DNA from: Raja brachyura
Lineage: Eukaryota
Direction: 5' to 3'
DNA: 64,000 nt
NCBI GenBank assembly: GCA_963514005.1
Contig: OY740787.1
Coordinates: forward strand, 70,928,001-70,992,000
Below are positions 51,463 to 62,767 of this stretch, piece by piece. Each line of letters opens with the position of its first letter. Position 1 is the stretch's first letter. Both the position numbers and the translations under genes were made by a program. Below the pieces are notes generated by a model. That model was given only the letters and a program-made list of their open reading frames with translations. It had not been told where the DNA came from and searched no databases.

Positions 51463-51759
51463 CTTGTGGCTCCTTTACGGTTACAATTTCAGTCTGACCC
51501 GGAGCTCCTTCTCCAGCATTATTGACTGCCACCACACGTACCATATAATCTGCATCTTCTCTAACTCCCAAAACTGTGTACGTGAGATCTTTAACTAATC
51601 TATCCGTGCAGCGAGACCATTCCCTTGATCCCATAAGCTGCTTGTCAACACGATAACCAATAATATCCCCTCCACCATTGTAGATGGGGGGATCCCACTT
51701 TATTTCTATTGATGTTGCTGATGTATCAACGATACTTGGTATTGGTGGCCCAGGTGGCA
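51463..51759 (-). CDS. ttn: titin exon (~ex276), Fn3
   Basis: 297 nt, LPPGPPIPSI...VKEPQ. Confidence 0.92.
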
Positions 51760-51864
51760 CTTAAACAAGAAAGAAAGAAAGAAAATAAATGAATAACAGC
51801 CTGATATATATTTTTTTTTTAAATGATTTTCAAGTTTGTTAATCACAGTTAAGCTAATACTTAC

Positions 51865-52164
51865 AAACTGGGTCCTGTGCCCTTTTGGGATCTGACGGTG
51901 GACTGAATTTACCAGGGCCAGCTGCATTTTCTGCACAAACTCTGAATAGGTAATTTAAACCCTCCATAAGACCTTCAGCTGTAACCTTTAGGGCATTTAG
52001 TAAGTCTTTATTAACTCGAGTCCAGTGTGTGCTGCTAATTTCTTTTCTTTCAATCCAGTAGCCTAAAATTGCGCTACCATTGTCCTTTGGTTCCTTCCAT
52101 GCAACAACCATACTATTACTAGTGGTATCCTCCACTTCTGGTTTATCGGGTGCTTCAGGAGGAT
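51865..52164 (-). CDS. ttn: titin exon (~ex275), Fn3
   Basis: 300 nt, DPPEAPDKP...AQDPV. Confidence 0.93.
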
Positions 52165-52371
52165 CTAAAAAAAGGAATAATGAGGATGAGTAAATAGCAA
52201 AACTGATAACAATAAACCGTTGTCAAATAATAACAAAAAGAAAACCATAGAAAATACATTGTATTACTGAATTGTAATTACAATGTATTACATTGCATTA
52301 TATTCTGCAATATAATGATGGGTAACATTTTTCTTAAATTATGGTTTTGAGAAACAGAAATAAAAGCTTAC

Positions 52372-52674
52372 CAAATGGATTTTTAGCAACAACTGGCTTT
52401 GAAACACATGGTGGTCCCGGACCAAATTTATTTTCAGCTGCAACACGGAAAATATATTCTTTTCCTTCAATAAGTTTTGTCACATGATATTTGCAATGTC
52501 TAAGAGTTGTTGTTATAGTAATCCAGCCAATTCCAGCTTTGGAATTATCTTTCTTCTCCAAGATATAGTTAAGAATTTCACTACCGCCATTGTCTAACGG
52601 AGGATCCCATTTACAGATGACAGAATCATTTCTGACTTCCTCAAATATGAAATTGATAGGTGGTCCAGGTGTGT
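52372..52674 (-). CDS. ttn: titin exon (~ex274), Fn3
   Basis: 303 nt, DTPGPPINF...AKNPF. Confidence 0.93.
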
Positions 52675-52785
52675 CTGAAATGCCAAATACAAAATGATTA
52701 AACTATGCTCTAAATATTTACATCCTTTAGCAATTTCTTTGCAAAATTTCAGAATATCAATGAAAGAATTTAGGTAACATCTCAC

Positions 52786-53163
52786 CTAAGACAATCACTT
52801 CACAACTTGCATGGGCAACACCATGATCATTTTCTACTTTGATAGTATATTTTCCATGGTCTTTTCTGATGGAATCCCGCACCGTGATTTCAGACTCTCC
52901 TGTATGGCTGTTGTCAAGAGTTAACCGTTCTGGTAGACTGAGAGAGAAAGGCTCTTCCTCTACAACCTCCTTCCTCTTAGATGGTAAAATTAATTTTGCC
53001 ACTCTTTTCTTGATTTCCTCAGGTCTAATCACTTCATCATTATGAAGCCACGTTATAGTTGGATAAGGAGAACCAGAAATACGAGCTAGGAGATCTATCT
53101 CCTCACCTTTTCTTACATTCAATCCAGATGAAATATTTCTGACAAAGCTCACCTTTGGTGGGT
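52786..53163 (-). CDS. ttn: titin exon (~ex273), Ig with charged insertion
   Basis: 378 nt, DPPKVSFVRN...PEEIKKRVAKLILPSKRKEVVEEEPF...VIVL. Confidence 0.93.
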
Positions 53164-53313
53164 CTATACAGAAAAAGAAAAACTATTAATAAAATCCTTT
53201 TTATCTAATTTTATCTTCAAATTGTTTGTTTCATCACTTAGAAATTTATAGATACGAAGGCATCAAAATGACTTGAATTAATGATTTTTCTGAGTTTTAC
53301 AAAAGTAACTCAC

Positions 53314-53616
53314 CAATGGGGTCCAAAGCTTTGACTGGTAGAGTTATTCTAGAAGGATCACTAATTCCAGCAATATTTTCAGAACGTGCACGAAACTGGT
53401 ATTCATTTCCCTCCTCAAGATTCTTTACAGTGTAGGACAGGACAGGAACCAAATACTCATTGCATCTCTCCCATTTGTCACTTCCTTTTGCAATCTTTTC
53501 TATGATATAACCCATGATTTTACAACCACCATCAAAAAGCGGTGGTTTCCATGTGAGTGTTACTGATTTTGATGATGGATCATTCACCTCAAGATCAACT
53601 GGTGGGTCAGGGCGTT
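53314..53616 (-). CDS. ttn: titin exon (~ex272), Fn3
   Basis: 303 nt, QRPDPPVDL...ALDPI. Confidence 0.93.
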
Positions 53617-53723
53617 CTGAAGGAAAATTACAAACACAAGTTTTAACAACACTTAAAGAGTTCTGATAATTAAAAGCTTGGAAGACAATATCATTAGTCA
53701 TTATTATTTTCTGAAATACTTAC

Positions 53724-54023
53724 GCTTTTGATCTTCTGCAATAACTGGGTTGCGAATCTCAGTAAATTCACCACCACCAATTTTATTCACAGCTTTTACA
53801 CGGAAGTGGTATTCACTATTTGGAATAAGATCCTTTACTTGCCAGGTCAGTTTATTTTCACCTGACATTACTGGTGTGAAAGTTCTTCTTCCAGCCTCCC
53901 GACGTTGTAGAACATAATGTAAAATTGGACTGCCACCATCAAACTCTGGAGGATCCCAGCTTATCTTGCAAGAACTCTTGGTGACGTCACTTGCTTTTAT
54001 GTCTTTACACAGACCAGGCAATC
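53724..54023 (-). CDS. ttn: titin exon (~ex271), Fn3
   Basis: 300 nt, GLPGLCKDIK...AEDQK. Confidence 0.92.
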
Positions 54024-54142
54024 CTTAATGTAAAGAAAGAAGATTATATGGTCAAAGAATACCATTTGATTTATTCAGAAACAGTGTTTCAGGCAAGAAA
54101 ATAATTAAGAAAATCTTGCTACATTTAATTTAAAATTATTAC

Positions 54143-54421
54143 CTATGACTTTAACGTTAATGGTGCCTGTTGTTGAACCAAGTTTATTTTCCAATGTAAT
54201 TGTGTAGACACCTGCGTCAGCATGAACACAGTTAGCAATTTCAATGGATGCCCGTGTATAATCACTGTGCTTGGTCACTCTGTCATCCATTTTGAGCTCC
54301 TTTCCATTCTTAAACCAAGAAATAGTTGGTACAGGCACAGCTCTAAACTGCACAGGGATATTCAACTTCTCGCCCTGCACAACAGTTATGTCTTTGCTCT
54401 GCATTTCAATACTTGGATTAC
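54143..54421 (-). CDS. ttn: titin exon (~ex270), Ig starting D-zone repeat 1
   Basis: 279 nt, CNPSIEMQSKDI...VKVI. Confidence 0.93.
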
Positions 54422-54530
54422 CTATAAAAATACATATGTTTAAACAACATTTAAAATAGATAATGTTTTTAACAGAATAAGAAGATAGTTTTTGAATGGA
54501 ATAGGAAATATTTCAAAAGATTGTTCTTAC

Positions 54531-54836
54531 AGTCTGAATCCTTAGCCGTAACATTTTCCGAAATTTCTGACGGATCACTTGTTCCAATGGCATTAACAGC
54601 CTTAACTCTCAGGATATATTCTTTATCAGGAATAATGCCTTCTTCTGCTTTATACTTCAATTCTTTTACTGGCCGAGAATTAATTCGCATCCACTTCTCT
54701 GTTCCGGCTTCACAAATTTCAACATGATAGCCAATAATAGGACTACCACCATTTTTCTCTGGAGGTTTCCATTCAATAGAAATTTGATCTCTGTTTGCAT
54801 CTGTCACGTGTAACTCAAGAGGAGGAGATGGTGGAC
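54531..54836 (-). CDS. ttn: titin exon (~ex269), Fn3 (6th of the I/A-junction Fn3 run)
   Basis: 306 nt, SPPSPPLELH...AKDSD. Confidence 0.93.
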
Positions 54837-54929
54837 CTAGACACAAATAACATTACATTATTATCTGCTTATGTCCAAAATTTCAAGCACATTTCTGTAA
54901 TGACACATTTCCTTTCAATTTATACTCAC

Positions 54930-55126
54930 TAGTTGGATCTTCAATAAATAGCAAATCAGTAGGTTCACTTGGATGCCCACAGCCAGCTTCATTTTCAGCA
55001 CGGACTTGGAATTGTACTTCAGTGCCCTCAATTACATCAGTGACTCTATAATTACATTCTGGTCCAGCAGTCTTGCCAGCTTTAACCCAGCGAGTCCCTA
55101 ATTTCTCTTTCTTTTCAATCACGTAC
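54930..55126 (-). CDS. ttn: titin exon (~ex268), C-terminal part of Fn3
   Basis: 197 nt, YVIEKKEKLGTRW...EDPT. Confidence 0.92.
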
Positions 55127-55272
55127 CTATGGAATGATTTAGTAACATTTAAGTAGTAAATATATTCAGAAGGAAAGAGACTCAATGAATACAAAATAAA
55201 CATTTACTGTCTTGGTGAAAAGATGTATTTTTCATAGAATAGAAAAAATTTCATAGATTATAGAAAAATAAC

Positions 55273-55378
55273 CTCAGTATTGGCCTTCCACCATCATTTT
55301 TGGGAGCCTCCCATTTCAGTTCAACATGTCTTTTGGTTACATCGAGGACAGTAAGAGCATAAGGCGGCCCAGGTGTTG
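55273..55378 (-). CDS. ttn: titin exon (~ex267), N-terminal part of Fn3
   Basis: 106 nt, TTPGPPYAL...GGRPILR. Confidence 0.9.
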
Positions 55379-55470
55379 CTAGAGAGAAACATTAATACAT
55401 GGTGAGATAAATTAATCAAAAGATGTCATTAATTATTCACAAGGACTAGAAACATTACAAACAAGCTTAC

Positions 55471-55770
55471 TGAAGGTATCTTTTGCAAGTACTGAGTCTT
55501 CCAATTCGCAGTATTCACTCTGACCAACTGCATTTTCTGCAGCAACCCGGAATACATATAGTGAACCTTCCGAAAGTGGTGTAACTGTGGATTTGATGTC
55601 TTTTATTGTTGTGTCAACAGTTTGCCAGCCTTTTCGTCTTACATCTCTTTTTTCCACAATATAATTTGTGATGGGAGAGCCACCATCTTTTTCTGGTGGT
55701 GTCCATTTGAGATCAGCAGTATTCTTAGTGATGTTAACAACTTCAAGCCAACGTGGAGGTGAAGGAGGGT
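55471..55770 (-). CDS. ttn: titin exon (~ex266), Fn3
   Basis: 300 nt, NPPSPPRWL...AKDTF. Confidence 0.93.
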
Positions 55771-55862
55771 CTGTAGAGGAGAAGACATTGCTTATAATTA
55801 AAATTGCATGACTTTTGATATTAACCGTCAAAGAAATGGTATATAAGATGAGTGTAACTTAC

Positions 55863-56162
55863 TCAATCTCTCTTTGCACAACACAGGATCACTGGGTTCA
55901 CTTGGGTCACTTTCGCCAGCTTTATTAACAGCTCGTATACGGAATGAATATTCTTGTTTCTCCATAAGTCCTTTCAGGAAGTACTCAGTCATGGCAATAC
56001 CTTCAGCTACTCTGACCCAGTCTTCTGTTCCACTTTTCAGCAATTCAACGATGTAAGATTCAATCTTTGCCCCTCCATCATGCTCTGGTTTAGTCCAATT
56101 TAAGAAAGCAGAAGTCTTCATGACATCTTTAATATTAGGCTTTCCAGGAGGCCATGGTGGGT
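55863..56162 (-). CDS. ttn: titin exon (~ex265), Fn3
   Basis: 300 nt, DPPWPPGKP...CKERL. Confidence 0.93.
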
Positions 56163-56392
56163 CTATAAATTAATTTATGATAATAAATGAGCAAATCTTA
56201 TGTAATATTATATAGTCAATTCCATCATATATTCTGCAGCATATGTGTTGCCTTGAAAACAGCAAGATATGACTCAAATATGGTTGCTGACTATATATAA
56301 TATTCTTCTAGTCATGCAGAGTCAAGCAATATTTCAGCATAGCACATAAAAAGGCATGACATTTCCTTGGGTTAACATAACTGTACACATAC

Positions 56393-56508
56393 CAATAGGA
56401 TCCTTCACCAAGATGGGGTCTGTTTCTAAGCTAGGATTTCCAGGACCAGCTAGATTCTCTGCCAGAACACGGAATTTATACTTCTTCTTTGGTGTAAGCC
56501 CCTTTAAT
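56393..56508 (-). CDS. ttn: titin exon (~ex264), C-terminal part of Fn3
   Basis: 116 nt, LKGLTPKKKYKFRV...KDPI. Confidence 0.91.
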
Positions 56509-57044
56509 CTGTGTTGAAAAAAATATGTTTAGGTACACAATCATTTCAATTAATGTAGCTATTGTTTTACATCTGGAATAACTGAAACAATTTTTGCATG
56601 CGATGTCCAGTTAACTATTTGCAGCTATCAACAATCACATTCACATTCTACCATGGACAAAAATAGACTTATTAATTTTATTTTGCCATTTTGTATTTTT
56701 TCTTTCTTCCCATACAAAACTAACCAATCAGAAGTCACCATTCATATATTTATCTACAAATAAGAATATGTAATACCTCCACATATACACATCGGACATT
56801 TCAGACATCAATAGTTTCCTGTTCATCTTGCTATATCTTTGTATTAGCTCACAAATCAATTTGATCCTGAGACTAACTGTTGATGTGGTATGGGAATAGT
56901 TAGTCCAAGCATTATTACCCAACTAGTCAAAACTACTAATCTGAAAGGGACCTTCGATCACGTCTTACTCATTTTCTTATCTATCTATGAACGTTGAAAA
57001 CTCTCTGCATCCTCTTCATAACTCATACAATCACCCAGCCTTAC

Positions 57045-57405
57045 ATTATCAGCAGATATTGATATACTACATGTAATTCCTTTACTTAATTTAGTAATAT
57101 AGATGGTGAACAGCTATGATCCCAGCATTGTTCTTTGCCACATGCTGCTAGTTACAGCCGAAGGAAGTGAAAGTAACACATTTATTGCTATTGCTTTTTT
57201 GTTGCTTAATCAACCCTCCAGCCATGCAAATATATTATCCTCAATCTGAAATGCTTTAAATTTCTATAACAATTGTTTGCATTGTATCAAATCAAAGGCC
57301 TAGATCAGGTAGATAGAATAATTTACGGATCGTTAAAAACAAGAGTCATAGGCTTAAGGCGAGATGGAGGAGTTTTAACAGAGATCTAAGAGGAACGTTT
57401 TGTGG
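57045..57405. mobile_element. old CR1 remnants: minus-strand RT fragment (~57045-57300) joined to a plus-strand 3' fragment (~57305-57405)
   Basis: atggtgaacagctatgatcccagca..cagccatgcaaatatatt aligns with 20785-20950; aagagtcataggcttaaggcgaga..gaggaacgtttt resembles the CR1 ORF2 end. Confidence 0.6.
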
Positions 57406-58101
57406 TATTTATTAACTGAATATATTCCATGAGTTTAAGTAAGGGGATGAATGTAGAAGAAATGCGTTTAAATGAAAAATTATAGCAAGTGCATGTTGGG
57501 CAAAATAATAATGAACAGTTATAACAAACAAACATTACTGACATATGGAAAAATAGATTTGCAGACAGTTCTCAGGAATGGAACCCTTATGTAACATGGG
57601 AAATGCCTGTATTATATTCCAATTGCTCTTTCATTTTAGTAATAGACTCCTGTCAGGTTTACATGATACTTGCAGATAAAAACCCAACAATGGATTAATT
57701 AACGTGCATTTACAACCACATTTTGATCCTGCTACTGTGCTGGATTCTTAGTACCTTCTGTTAACCTATCGTTTTGAGCAAGAAAGGCAAAACAAGGACG
57801 AGGTAGCAGCCTTCTTCTTCATAGAGGCAGTCTGACTGCAATTTTAGTTGATCTCCTGAATGGGAATATAACAATGGGTTTGCCATTGGGCCAATCAGGA
57901 GAGAGGCCATATAGGCGTGTAAGCAAAATTAATTTCATTAGTTTCTTATGGACCAAAAAAAACAGAAAAGGAATACAGCTTTGTTTTGTTGAGCCATGAT
58001 GTAAGTTTTGGAAGATCAATTAGTCCTCAAAGAATAAGTAAAACTGTCATGTTATCGCGGCTTCAGAGTTTTTGAAAATTAGGTTCATGCATCAGAAATA
58101 C

Positions 58102-58288
58102 CTGAAACTAGTGTCTTTGATAGGCATCTTGTTGCATCTTTGCCATTTATCATTGTTGGCATCATATTTTTCAATAAAGTATCCCGTGATTGGGCTACCA
58201 CCATCTTCTTCAGGTTCATACCACGTCAGCGTCAGTGAATCTTTAGTAATATCTGAACCTTTTAAATTTGTTGGAGCACCAGGTGGAT
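58102..58288 (-). CDS. ttn: titin exon (~ex263), N-terminal part of Fn3
   Basis: 187 nt, DPPGAPTNL...KDTSFR. Confidence 0.92.
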
Positions 58289-58401
58289 CTAATGTACAAT
58301 CATATATCGATGGGTTTTACAAACATTAAAGTGTGAAATATGTAAAAACAAAAAAAAATGTCTCAATTATAATTTACATAATTGTACGGTATTTTCCTTA
58401 C

Positions 58402-58698
58402 CAAAAGCATACTTCGCTATTATTGGAGCATGCTGAGATGGCTCTCCAATACCATACATGTTTTCAGCCAAAACTCTGAATGTATATTCTTTTAGTGGCT
58501 TAAGATTTGTTGCCTTGAATTTGGTTTCTTTGATAGTGGAAGAAAGTTTGTTCCATAGTTCACTGGTTCCAACTTTATATTCCACAATGTAATTTGTAAT
58601 GCGCGAACCACCATCATCTCTGGGTGGATTCCATGTCAAGTTACAGGATTCATTTGTAATATCAGTAATATCAAATGCAGCTGGTTGGCCAGGCTTGT
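58402..58698 (-). CDS. ttn: titin exon (~ex262), Fn3 (1st of the six-Fn3 run)
   Basis: 297 nt, DKPGQPAAF...AKYAF. Confidence 0.93.
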
Positions 58699-58789
58699 CT
58701 GTAAAAACAAAATGTTAAAATATGTAGATATTTTTCCCATAGGAAAATTATAGATATGATTGTAAATAATGATTGAATAATTGAATTAC

Positions 58790-59077
58790 CTAGAATGTTC
58801 ACTTCCACAACCGCAGTGGCACGGCCACTAGTGTTTACTGCTTCAATAATATAGGTACCACTATCAGATCTCATGGTATCTGAGATTGTTACAATGGAAT
58901 GATCAGGTTTGGTGTCAATAACTATTCTGGTGTCGGGCTTCAGAAGGTGTTCAGCCTTTGTCCAAGTAATTCTAGGATCAGGTTTACCAGAGATAACAGC
59001 TGGGAGCTCAATCTTCGTGCCAGCCTTCACAGTAATGCCAGCAAGCAACTTAACGTCAAGATGAATCTCTGGACTCA
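58790..59077 (-). CDS. ttn: titin exon (~ex261), Ig
   Basis: 288 nt, VSPEIHLDVKLLAG...VNIL. Confidence 0.93.
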
Positions 59078-59528
59078 CTGCAATAAACAAAGAAGCCATT
59101 ACTAATTTGGTAAGAATTGATCCATTTTAAAAAGGAAAACTGAAGGTTGTCTAGTTTTGCCATCTCCATTTGTGGAGACACACTTGACATTAATATATGG
59201 ATCATGAATATTAATTAATTGCAAATTAGAAGCATCAGTAAAGTGTGCTAATTACACAACCCATAACTGTTGCATCGAACAAAAAATTATCAGTAATACT
59301 CAGATATAACATCACTAATTTAGGTAACTTTGAATCATATTCTTTATCAAAATATTACTTCACGGATAAAATAACTTGCAATAGTGAATTAATTTATTAC
59401 AATGATAACATTTATGATATAAATCTGTCTACATTTATTAAAAGGATTGGAATGTATTATTAAGGGACTGGCTTTAGTAAAACGGTGATTTGGAAACATT
59501 AGTTTTATATTCGTTAGTAAGAATGTAC

Positions 59529-59650
59529 CTTTTGGATCAATAGCTTGTATATCATCTGTAGGTACACTAGGTCTGCTGGCACCTTGTCTATTCAAAGCTT
59601 TAACCCGGTATGAGTACCATTGACCTTCTGTGAGGTTGGTCACTTCCATC
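59529..59650 (-). CDS. ttn: titin exon (~ex260), C-terminal part of Fn3
   Basis: 122 nt, MEVTNLTEGQW...AIDPK. Confidence 0.91.
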
Positions 59651-59735
59651 CTATTGAACATAAATGCAGCATTAGTGTTTATTTTGCATTAATTAAAACA
59701 TAGTAAACATAAGAAAATTAGACATATAATCTTAC

Positions 59736-59913
59736 TTCAATTCATTAACTGGTTCTCCACATCGCTCCCACTTTTCACCACCACGTTGACATTTCTCTAT
59801 TAAATAGCCTTTAATTTTTGAACCTCCATCATATTTTGGTAGGTCCCATGAAAGGAAGATTTTGCTGGCGGTTGGATCTCTCCATCTGACATTTTCTGGT
59901 GGATCTGGAACAG
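59736..59913 (-). CDS. ttn: titin exon (~ex259), N-terminal part of Fn3
   Basis: 178 nt, TVPDPPENVRW...EPVNELK. Confidence 0.91.
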
Positions 59914-60454
59914 CTGAAAAATATATGGGATCAAATTAAAAACTTTTTCACAAAACTTTCACGAAAAATATTATATAATTAAAATATTTTTTTCATTATC
60001 AGATCTAAAACAATCAGGGATGTGTGTTTGTGTGTAAAAAAACAGGACTATTTTAATTGTATCAGAACTCCGGTGGCTGGTAGCATCAATTACATTCACT
60101 ACCATTCTCATATCTCTCGCTAATTTCCAAATTCTCGGTATGGTGAAAGTTTCCAGTGATATTAAAGGTGCAAAAAGATCTTAATGATCAGAAATCTTAA
60201 ATCTTAGTAATATTTCTTAAATGTGTTGTCAATTTGCCTCCTGATTTACTTATAGGCCACTAAATTATCCCAAAATGCTTTCCCCCTTTAATTTTGATCA
60301 CTAGATGATACACTCCAGATGATACAATGGACACAGATATTGCTTCATTTCTTTCTCTTTCCACTTATCTTTAGCAACGACATCTGTTCTTTGTAATCAT
60401 AAAGAAGTGTTTTCAAATATGTAAGATATGAATGTTCAATCATCCAATGCTAAA

Positions 60455-61130
60455 TGAGCATTCATGTTCCTGGGCGTGCATATCTCTGAAGATCCAGCAT
60501 GTTGATGCAACAATAAAGAAAGCCCATCAAGGCCTCTAATTCTTTGGAAGGTTAAGGAGATTTGGTATGTCGATACTCTCTTGAACTTCTACTGGTGCAC
60601 AGTAGAGAGCATATTGATTGGTTGCATCATACCCAGGAACGAAGAAGATTGCAAAAAATGGTGCACATTGCCCAGTCCATCACGGGTACTGACCTCCCCA
60701 CCATCAAAGGGATTTACATGAGTTACTGCCTCAAAAAGGCAGCCAGTTTAATCAGAGACCCATACCACCCTGACCATACTCTATTTCATTCCTGCCATTG
60801 GGAAGAAGTTGTAGGCGCCTGGAAATTGTAGCATCCAGGTTCAAGTGAAGCTTCTTCCCAACAACCATCATGGGCCGGTCCCACTTCGGCGATTTTTTGG
60901 GCAACTACAGGCGACTGCCGCAAAGTTTTCAACATTTTGAAAATTTTTCGGCGACAGTGGCGACAATTTTGGCTGTCGTAGGTATCGTCGTAGGTTGTCT
61001 TAGGTGCTGTCGTAGGTTGTCGCCAGGTGTCGTAGGTGAATTACATTAAAAGTAGTCGCCTAAAGAGTGGCCTAAGTGGGACAGGCCCATTAGGCTATTA
61101 AACACTGCAACCTCCAAATAAACAACAAAC
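60455..61130 (+). mobile_element. Rex1/Babar-like LINE 3' fragment, interrupted by a MITE
   Basis: ttcctgggcgtgcatatctctgaagat (FLGVHISED), aagaaagcccatcaa..ttaaggagatttggt, RRLQKMVHIAQSITGTDLP; same family type as 48175-48955. Confidence 0.8.
60871..61089. mobile_element. non-autonomous DNA transposon (MITE), PIF/Harbinger-like
   Basis: 38-bp terminal inverted repeats tgggccggtcccactt../..aagtgggacaggccca (31/38 match); 3-bp flanks tca / tta; internal tgtcgtagg-type repeats. Confidence 0.85.
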
Positions 61131-61476
61131 TACATGGATTTGGTGTCAGTGTGTTTGTCTTTGAGCTATTCGGGAAATACGACAATAAAACTCTCTTGTC
61201 TCTTGACATTTATTTGCTGTGTGTATATATTGAATGTTCAAAATTTGATGTGTCAGTGTAATTTAACAAGAGGCATACATTACACGACCTTGTAATCCTC
61301 TTTTGTTTTCTTATTTATTTTTCACCACAATGTTCTTGAATGGTGGAATATTATGAAATATATTTAAAAGAACTGTGCAACTTGCACTAAACAAATGTCA
61401 GAGCAAATCTACTTGATTGTATTTTAAACCTAACATCTTACAATTTAATAAATATGAATGAAAGCTAAATACTCAC

Positions 61477-61624
61477 TTGCAGGAGCAGATACATTGACAG
61501 GTTCATCGATAAATGCAGGTTCACCTGGGCCACATTTGTTACAGGCAGAAATTCTGAACAGATAGTCTCGGCCTTGTAAAAGGTCAATGACAGTAAATTC
61601 CAAGTCTTGCACCCTCTCAATAAC
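61477..61624 (-). CDS. ttn: titin exon (~ex258), C-terminal part of Fn3
   Basis: 148 nt, VIERVQDLEF...NVSAPA. Confidence 0.92.
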
Positions 61625-61657
61625 CTGGAAATCACAGATGATGACAATGATATAACT

Positions 61658-61903
61658 GGAGTTTACACACCAGTGGTATGAACATTGACTAATCCAATTT
61701 CAGGCAGTCCTTGATTTCTCCCTCCTTCCTCTCCCCTTCCCAGCTCCTTCACAGCCTACTGTCTCCGCCTCTTACTTTTCTTTTTCCCGCCCACCCCCCC
61801 CCACATCAGCCTGAAGAAGGGTCTCGACCCGAAATGTCGCCTATTTCTTCGCGCCATAGATGCTACCTCACCCGCTGAGTTTTTCCAGCATTTTTATCTA
61901 CCT
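61658..61903 (+). mobile_element. Penelope-like element 3' fragment with a minimal hammerhead ribozyme motif
   Basis: ttacacaccagtggtatgaacattgac (LH.SGMNID, end of a PLE GIY-YIG ORF), pyrimidine-rich spacer, CTGAAGA-A-GGGT-CTCG-ACCC-GAAA-T-GTC at 61811-61838; perfect 11-bp TSD atgatataact (61647-61657, 61904-61914). Confidence 0.8.
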
Positions 61904-62615
61904 ATGATATAACTTGAAATCACTCACAAATAGATTGCAGCCTCTCCTTTTAAACAGAGATAAATCCCAGCACAGCAGAGGACAATGGTGAAAAATCACC
62001 ACATGATGTTCAGGCTAAGTATTCACCAAGAGGCAAGAAAGGAATTTTTTAACCTTATATGGTTTGCTATCTGATCCCATCAAACCATTGAGTGGGAAGC
62101 TCTATGCTAGCTTTATCAGGCAACTTCCATCCACTCTCATAAAAAGACAAGTGAACTGGAAAAAAAACTGGCTAAACTAGTCCTGCTTGCAGCATTAGGT
62201 GTGTTCGAAGAGCCCCTAAAATCCCAAGACAAGATTAATGGACGAAGATTTAACACAGACCCTGTATTTTCCTTTCTGTAGTGCTCTGTGTTTCATAAAT
62301 AATTTGAAGAGAATCTGACAAACCTGACCTGACACATATATCTGCCATTTCCTGCTTTGTATCAAATTTTCAGCATGTGAGTTTTGTTGCTTTCCAAATT
62401 ATGGAGCTAGATTGACATCAGTTTCCTTCAATATTACAGTTTAAGGTAGACAGCCATGTGGATAACTTACAAAAATTGCTTGCTCTTGTACGCAGTGATT
62501 TATTTTGTTACCCGTCTAATTAGGTAACTTTAATGATCAAAGGTGTCTACCTTAAATCATTAGTTTGAAAATAACCGAATAAATTAATTTAAGATTACTA
62601 TGGTTTATTACTTAC

Positions 62616-62767
62616 CTTGACCCAAGTCTTTCGATTAACTTCACGTTTTTCAATAAGATACCCAGTCAATGGACTTCCACCATCATTTTCAGGCAGATCC
62701 CATATCAAATGTACTGTATTCCGAGTAATTTCTGAAACTTTGATGTCTTTTGGTGCACTTGGCCGTG
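62616..62767 (-). CDS. ttn: titin exon (~ex257), N-terminal part of Fn3
   Basis: 152 nt, ARPSAPKDIK...RKTWVK. Confidence 0.92.

Noticed and set aside
18082-54025. AAG acceptors at 18082, 47970, 51760 and 54024, and weak donors (gtttgt, gttggt, gttatt)
   Set aside because: All are canonical GT-AG and a few such sites among 70 introns are unremarkable; I saw no GC-AG or AT-AC intron.
59925-60305. Weak inverted match gatcaaattaaaa / ttttaattttgatc
   Set aside because: Short, AT-rich and gapped; compatible with chance.
60970-61040. Tandem tgtcgtagg units resembling a CRISPR-like or iteron array
   Set aside because: They are short units without unique spacers, inside a TIR-bounded eukaryotic MITE.
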